Both the position numbers and the translations under genes were made by a program. Below are positions 59,515 through 64,000 of a DNA stretch of 64,000 bases, one piece after another. The stretch spans positions 443,588-507,587 of the forward strand of contig JAHHIM010000036.1 in the NCBI GenBank assembly GCA_019358915.1, read 5' to 3'. Each line of letters opens with the position of its first letter. Positions within the stretch are counted from its first letter, which is position 1. This DNA is from Trichormus sp. ATA11-4-KO1 (lineage in GTDB: Bacteria > Cyanobacteriota > Cyanobacteriia > Cyanobacteriales > Nostocaceae). Under the pieces are notes generated by a model. It was given only the letters and a program-made list of their open reading frames with translations. It was not told where the DNA came from and did no database searches.

Positions 59515-62142
59515 ATGCTAGAACAATACCGTCAGCATGTTGCGGAACGCGCCCAACTCGGTATTCCCCCCTTACCATTGGATGCGAAGCAAACCTCAGA
59601 ATTATGTGAATTACTGAAGAATCCACCAGAGGGTGAAGAAGATACATTATTACATTTATTGCGCGATTGCATTCCCCCTGGTGTAGATGAAGCGGCTTAT
59701 GTCAAGGCTGGATTCCTCACTGCTATTGCTAAAGGCGAAATCACTAGTCCTTTGGTTTCTCCCATCGCCGCCGTAGAATTACTGGGAACGATGGTAGGCG
59801 GCTATAATGTCCAGTCTCTCATTGACTTGTTACAAATTTCCAGCACGGACTCAGAATCAGGCGAAGCACCTTTAGTTATGCGGGGGGAAGGTAGAGAACC
59901 CATCGCCGCCCACGCCGCCGCCGCCTTGAGTAAAATTCTCTTGGTGTATGATGCCTTTCATGATGTGTTGGAATTATCCCAAAGTAATCCTTTTGCTAAG
60001 CAGGTAATTGACTCTTGGGCGAAGGCTGAATGGTTTACCAGTCGTCCCAAATTACCAGAAGCTATCACCGTCACCGTGTTTAAAGTCTCTGGGGAAACCA
60101 ACACCGATGACTTATCCCCTGCTACCCACGCCACCACGCGCCCGGATATTCCTTTACATGCTTTAGCCATGCTAGAGTCACGGCAACCGGGAAGCTTAGA
60201 ACTAATTGCCGAGTTAAAGCAAAAAGGACATCCCGTAGCTTATGTAGGCGATGTTGTGGGTACTGGTTCTTCGCGGAAATCTGCTATTAACTCAGTATTG
60301 TGGCATTTAGGAGAAGATATCCCTTATGTACCAAATAAACGCGCCGGGGGGTATATTTTAGGTAGTGCGATCGCTCCTATTTTTTTCAACACAGCTGAAG
60401 ATGCAGGTGCTTTACCGATTCAATGCGATGTCACCAACTTAGAAACAGGTATGGTGATTACCATTCATCCCTACAAAGGCGAAATCACCAACGAAGCAGG
60501 CGAAGTTATCTCCACCTTTACCCTCAAACCCGATACCATCTTAGATGAAGTCCGCGCCGGGGGACGCATACCCCTACTCATTGGCCGTACCCTCACAGAC
60601 AAAACCCGTGAAGCCTTAGGTTTAGCACCCAGTACTGTATTCATTCGTCCGCAGCAACCCAATGATACAGGTAAAGGCTATACCCTCGCTCAGAAAATGG
60701 TCGGTAAAGCTTGCGGTTTACCTGGCGTACGTCCGGGGACATCTTGCGAACCCATTATGACTACCGTTGGTTCTCAGGATACCACTGGCCCCATGACCCG
60801 CGACGAATTAAAAGAACTCGCTTGTCTGGGTTTCAGTGCAGACTTGGTAATGCAGAGTTTCTGTCACACAGCAGCTTATCCCAAACCAGTAGACATCAAA
60901 ACTCACCAAGAACTACCAGATTTCTTCTCCTCCCGTGGTGGTGTGGCTTTACGTCCTGGTGATGGGATTATTCACTCTTGGTTAAATAGGATGCTGTTAC
61001 CCGACACTGTGGGAACAGGCGGCGACTCCCACACCCGCTTCCCCTTGGGTATATCCTTCCCAGCCGGTTCTGGATTAGTCGCCTTTGCGGGTGCATTGGG
61101 TGTCATGCCTTTGGATATGCCAGAATCAGTTTTAGTACGCTTCAAAGGTGAATTGCAACCTGGTATTACTTTGCGGGATATCGTCAATGCTATTCCTTAT
61201 GTCGCCATTCAAAAAGGTTTGCTCACAGTAGAGAAGCAAAACAAGAAAAACATCTTCTCTGGCAAGATTCTAGAAATGGAAGGCTTACCAGATTTAAAAG
61301 TAGAACAAGCCTTTGAACTCACCGATGCTTCAGCAGAACGTTCTTGTGCAGGTTGCACAATTAAACTGAGTTTCGAGACAGTTGCTGAATATCTGCGTTC
61401 CAATGTATCGCTGTTAAAGAATATGGTAGCAAGGGGCTACCACGATGAGCGTACCATCATGCGCCGGGTAGCCAAGATGGAAGAATGGTTAGCAAACCCT
61501 GTGCTAATGTCAGCTGATGCTGATGCGGAATATGCAGAAATCATTGAAATTGATTTGAACGAAATCACAGAACCAATTGTCGCCGCACCCAACGACCCCG
61601 ATAATGTGAAATTATTATCGGAAGTTGCCAATGACCCAGTACAAGAAGTATTTGTCGGTTCTTGTATGACCAATATCGGTCATTATCGGGCAACTAGTAA
61701 AGTATTAGAAGGTGCAGGTGAAGTCAAAACTCGTCTGTGGATTTGTCCCCCCACTCGCATGGATGAACACCAACTGAAAGAAGAAGGTGTGTATAGCATT
61801 TTTGAAGCTGCAAATGCACGGACAGAAATGCCTGGATGTAGTTTGTGCATGGGAAATCAGGCGCGAGTTGCTGACGGGACAACGGTGTTTTCTACCTCAA
61901 CCCGTAACTTCAACAATCGCATGGGTAAAGATGCGCGAGTATATCTTGGTTCTGCCGAATTAGCCGCAGTTTGCGCACTGCTAGGACGCATCCCCACAGT
62001 GCAGGAATATATGGATATTGTGGCGCAGAAAATTCATCCGTTTGCTGATGATTTGTATCGGTATTTGAACTTTGATCAAATTGCTGGTTTTGAGGATGAA
62101 GGGCGAGTGATTTCTAAGGAGGAGGAAACTTTGTTGGTATAG
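59515..62142 (+). CDS. acnB: Aconitate hydratase B
   Basis: [53 protein letters not shown]. Start placed at ATG 59515. Confidence 0.97.
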   Translation: MLEQYRQHVAERAQLGIPPLPLDAKQTSELCELLKNPPEGEEDTLLHLLRDCIPPGVDEAAYVKAGFLTAIAKGEITSPLVSPIAAVELLGTMVGGYNVQSLIDLLQISSTDSESGEAPLVMRGEGREPIAAHAAAALSKILLVYDAFHDVLELSQSNPFAKQVIDSWAKAEWFTSRPKLPEAITVTVFKVSGETNTDDLSPATHATTRPDIPLHALAMLESRQPGSLELIAELKQKGHPVAYVGDVVGTGSSRKSAINSVLWHLGEDIPYVPNKRAGGYILGSAIAPIFFNTAEDAGALPIQCDVTNLETGMVITIHPYKGEITNEAGEVISTFTLKPDTILDEVRAGGRIPLLIGRTLTDKTREALGLAPSTVFIRPQQPNDTGKGYTLAQKMVGKACGLPGVRPGTSCEPIMTTVGSQDTTGPMTRDELKELACLGFSADLVMQSFCHTAAYPKPVDIKTHQELPDFFSSRGGVALRPGDGIIHSWLNRMLLPDTVGTGGDSHTRFPLGISFPAGSGLVAFAGALGVMPLDMPESVLVRFKGELQPGITLRDIVNAIPYVAIQKGLLTVEKQNKKNIFSGKILEMEGLPDLKVEQAFELTDASAERSCAGCTIKLSFETVAEYLRSNVSLLKNMVARGYHDERTIMRRVAKMEEWLANPVLMSADADAEYAEIIEIDLNEITEPIVAAPNDPDNVKLLSEVANDPVQEVFVGSCMTNIGHYRATSKVLEGAGEVKTRLWICPPTRMDEHQLKEEGVYSIFEAANARTEMPGCSLCMGNQARVADGTTVFSTSTRNFNNRMGKDARVYLGSAELAAVCALLGRIPTVQEYMDIVAQKIHPFADDLYRYLNFDQIAGFEDEGRVISKEEETLLV

Positions 62143-62150
62143 TTTAATTA

Positions 62151-62176
62151 GGGTGAGTCTTGATGGCTCACCTTTA
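62151..62176 (+). terminator. Hairpin after acnB
   Basis: GGTGAGTC-N5-GGCTCACC followed by TTT. Confidence 0.55.
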
Positions 62177-62207
62177 CTGTAATAATTCTCATGAGGAATG
62201 ATTACTA

Positions 62208-62546
62208 ATGACTCAACCCAATTTAATTAATCAAGCTGAAGTTAGCCAGATTAGTGAAGAAACTTGTCTGATAGAAATTTTACAAGAAATTCAAGAAACG
62301 CCTCAAGAATACTGGTCAAATTTGCTAGAAATTATCCGCGTTTTTCGGAAAAGTGTAACTATTAAACCAGAATTATTAAGCCATTTTCAACAAGAAGATT
62401 GGAATAGACAAAATCAAGAAATTTTAAATCACCAACATCAAGCACTTAAAGAATTAACTAAAGAATGGTTAGAAGCAGGAGATGAACAAGAGCAAACAGA
62501 GACTTGGGAATATTTAAATCAAGCAATTGATGATAATCCCTTTTAA
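62208..62546 (+). CDS. Acidic small protein, putative antitoxin
   Basis: E/Q-rich, W...GDEQEQTETWEYL..AID; directly upstream of a PIN gene. Confidence 0.65.
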   Translation: MTQPNLINQAEVSQISEETCLIEILQEIQETPQEYWSNLLEIIRVFRKSVTIKPELLSHFQQEDWNRQNQEILNHQHQALKELTKEWLEAGDEQEQTETWEYLNQAIDDNPF

Positions 62547-62563
62547 AGTTGGCATCAATTTTT

Positions 62564-63019
62564 ATGAATAAATTGATTTTCCTAGATACAAATGTTTTAG
62601 GAATGGTAACAAATCCTAAAAACACTAATACTCTTTGTCAAGAGTGTAAACAATGGTTAGATGCACTACCATTAAAAGGATATCAAATAGTTTTACCTGA
62701 AATTGCTGATTATGAAGTGAGACGAGAACTACTGAGAGCAGGAAAAACATCAGGTATTAAACGCTTAGATCAATTGAAACAAGTGATTACTTATTTACCA
62801 ATTACTACTGCTGTAATGCTTTTAGCTGCAAATTTTTGGGCTGAAGTTAGAAAAACAGGAAAAACTACTGCTGATCCTAAATCACTTGATGGTGATGTGA
62901 TTTTAGCAGCACAAGCAAAAATTGAACAATTAAAAGGGCATCAAGTAATTATTGCTACTACTAATGTTAAACATTTATCATTATTTATAAATGCTCTTGA
63001 ATGGCAGAATATTAATTAA
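62564..63019 (+). CDS. PIN-domain (VapC-like) ribonuclease toxin
   Basis: IFLDTNVLG, PEIADYEVRREL, LDGDVILAAQA, ATTNVKHL. Confidence 0.85.
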   Translation: MNKLIFLDTNVLGMVTNPKNTNTLCQECKQWLDALPLKGYQIVLPEIADYEVRRELLRAGKTSGIKRLDQLKQVITYLPITTAVMLLAANFWAEVRKTGKTTADPKSLDGDVILAAQAKIEQLKGHQVIIATTNVKHLSLFINALEWQNIN

Positions 63020-63212
63020 TATGACTAAATAATAAGTTTTATTATGGATTAATTTATATATTTAATAACTTATTAAATATATAAATTAAGTATACCAATT
63101 TTTTGAGTATGAAGAATATGTGATTTCTAAAGAGCAGGAGAATTTGCTGGTATAATTTAAATAGGTGCATTTTATCCTCACTTATTTGATATAGGAAAAC
63201 TCATTACTCTTT

Positions 63213-63707
63213 ATGTCAACTACTCCCACTATTGAATCTAAAAATTTAAGCATTTCAGGTGTTTTTCAAGATTTTTATACTGTTCCCGATTTTCAGCGTG
63301 AATATATTTGGAAAAAAGACAATGTTATAAAACTACTTGAAGATTTATTTGAAGGTTTAGGTTTATATGAAGGAGAATTTTCTACAAATTCTTCTGAATA
63401 TTTTTTAGGTTCGATTGTTGTATGTCCAGATTTTACAGATGACCAAAAAACTTTTCAATTAATTGACGGTCAACAAAGACTAACAACCATATATCTTATT
63501 TTTTGTGCTATTAGAGATTTTATTCAAGCTATAGGAGATAAATCCAAAGCGATAGAAGATTTAATTATGGGATCTACACATGATGTTAATACAGGTGACG
63601 ATATCGATAAATATCGTTTGTTACTTCAATATGATAGTTATGGTGCAAAAGTAATGAATTGCATATTGTTGAAAGAAAATATTGACCGTTCTTTAGAGGA
63701 TGTTTGA
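63213..63707 (+). pseudogene. DUF262 (GmrSD N-terminal) gene truncated by an IS insertion
   Basis: VPDFQREYIW, YFLGSIV, LIDGQQRLTT. The stop codon lies inside the IS terminal repeat. Confidence 0.85.
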
Positions 63708-64000
63708 AAAGTTTTAGGAAGTCAAAAATTAAGCCAATCGCTTCAGCATAATACGGATCATTGCAAGGTAGATAAAGGTTTCTGAGGTTTCGGGCAATAA
63801 TTCATAATCTCTGACCAATCGTCGACATCCCATAAACCAACCAAAAGTGCGTTCCACCACCCAACGTTTTTTAAGCAAAACAAAGCCCTTAGTTTGCTCT
63901 GGTCGCAGCACCACCTGAACAATCCAGCGACAAAAATTCATCACCCATTGCATGAAAGGCTCTCCATCAAACCCACCATCAACCCAAATGGTGGTTAAGC
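63696..64000 (-). mobile_element. IS5-family (IS1031-like) element; end and 3' part of transposase (63729 to beyond 64000)
   Basis: Transposase reads WVDGGFDG...KRWVVERTFGW....RRLVRDYE. Terminus GAGGATGTTTGAAAAGT at 63696 follows TTA. Confidence 0.9.

Larger units (their letters stand above)
220..60373. repeat. HIP1 octamer GCGATCGC dispersed through the window
   Basis: Dozens of occurrences in genes and spacers; none noticed in 42029-42892, 58700-59450 or 62200-63700. Confidence 0.95.

Overview
Chromosomal window from a heterocyst-forming cyanobacterium (Nostocales-like). Evidence: many HIP1 GCGATCGC sites, heptamer/octamer tandem repeats, and the fraCDE-fraF and hpsL/N/O/P genes. Left to right it contains: (1) what looks like the start of the heterocyst envelope polysaccharide (HEP) island (rfbF, rfbG, a PhyH-like oxygenase, rfbC, an NAD(P) oxidoreductase), headed by a TerY-type vWA / PP2C / Ser-Thr kinase-TPR triad with a candidate DIF1 promoter; (2) a divergent PatA-family regulator bracketed by two related MITE-like elements; (3) ftsH4, a WD40 protein, a small membrane protein with a PspC-like tail, and cysK; (4) a three-gene dynamin operon (small membrane protein, BDLP1 orthologue, and a second dynamin with a PspA-like helix and a C-terminal J-domain); (5) Uma2 genes, a 1-Cys peroxiredoxin and an orphan substrate-binding-protein operon; (6) hps glycosyltransferases, glmM, heme oxygenase, GT8 and ArnT-like genes, cobO; (7) fraCDEF, a hybrid histidine kinase, purN and a ferredoxin; (8) acnB flanked by AT-rich accessory genes (HEPN-like remnant, PIN toxin-antitoxin pair, DUF262 gene cut by an IS5-family element). 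No rRNA, tRNA or CRISPR array was seen. All family assignments come from reading motifs by eye and from recall; no searches were run. The best candidates for an undescribed system are the dynamin / PspA-like helix / J-domain operon and the TerY-P triad under apparent heterocyst control.
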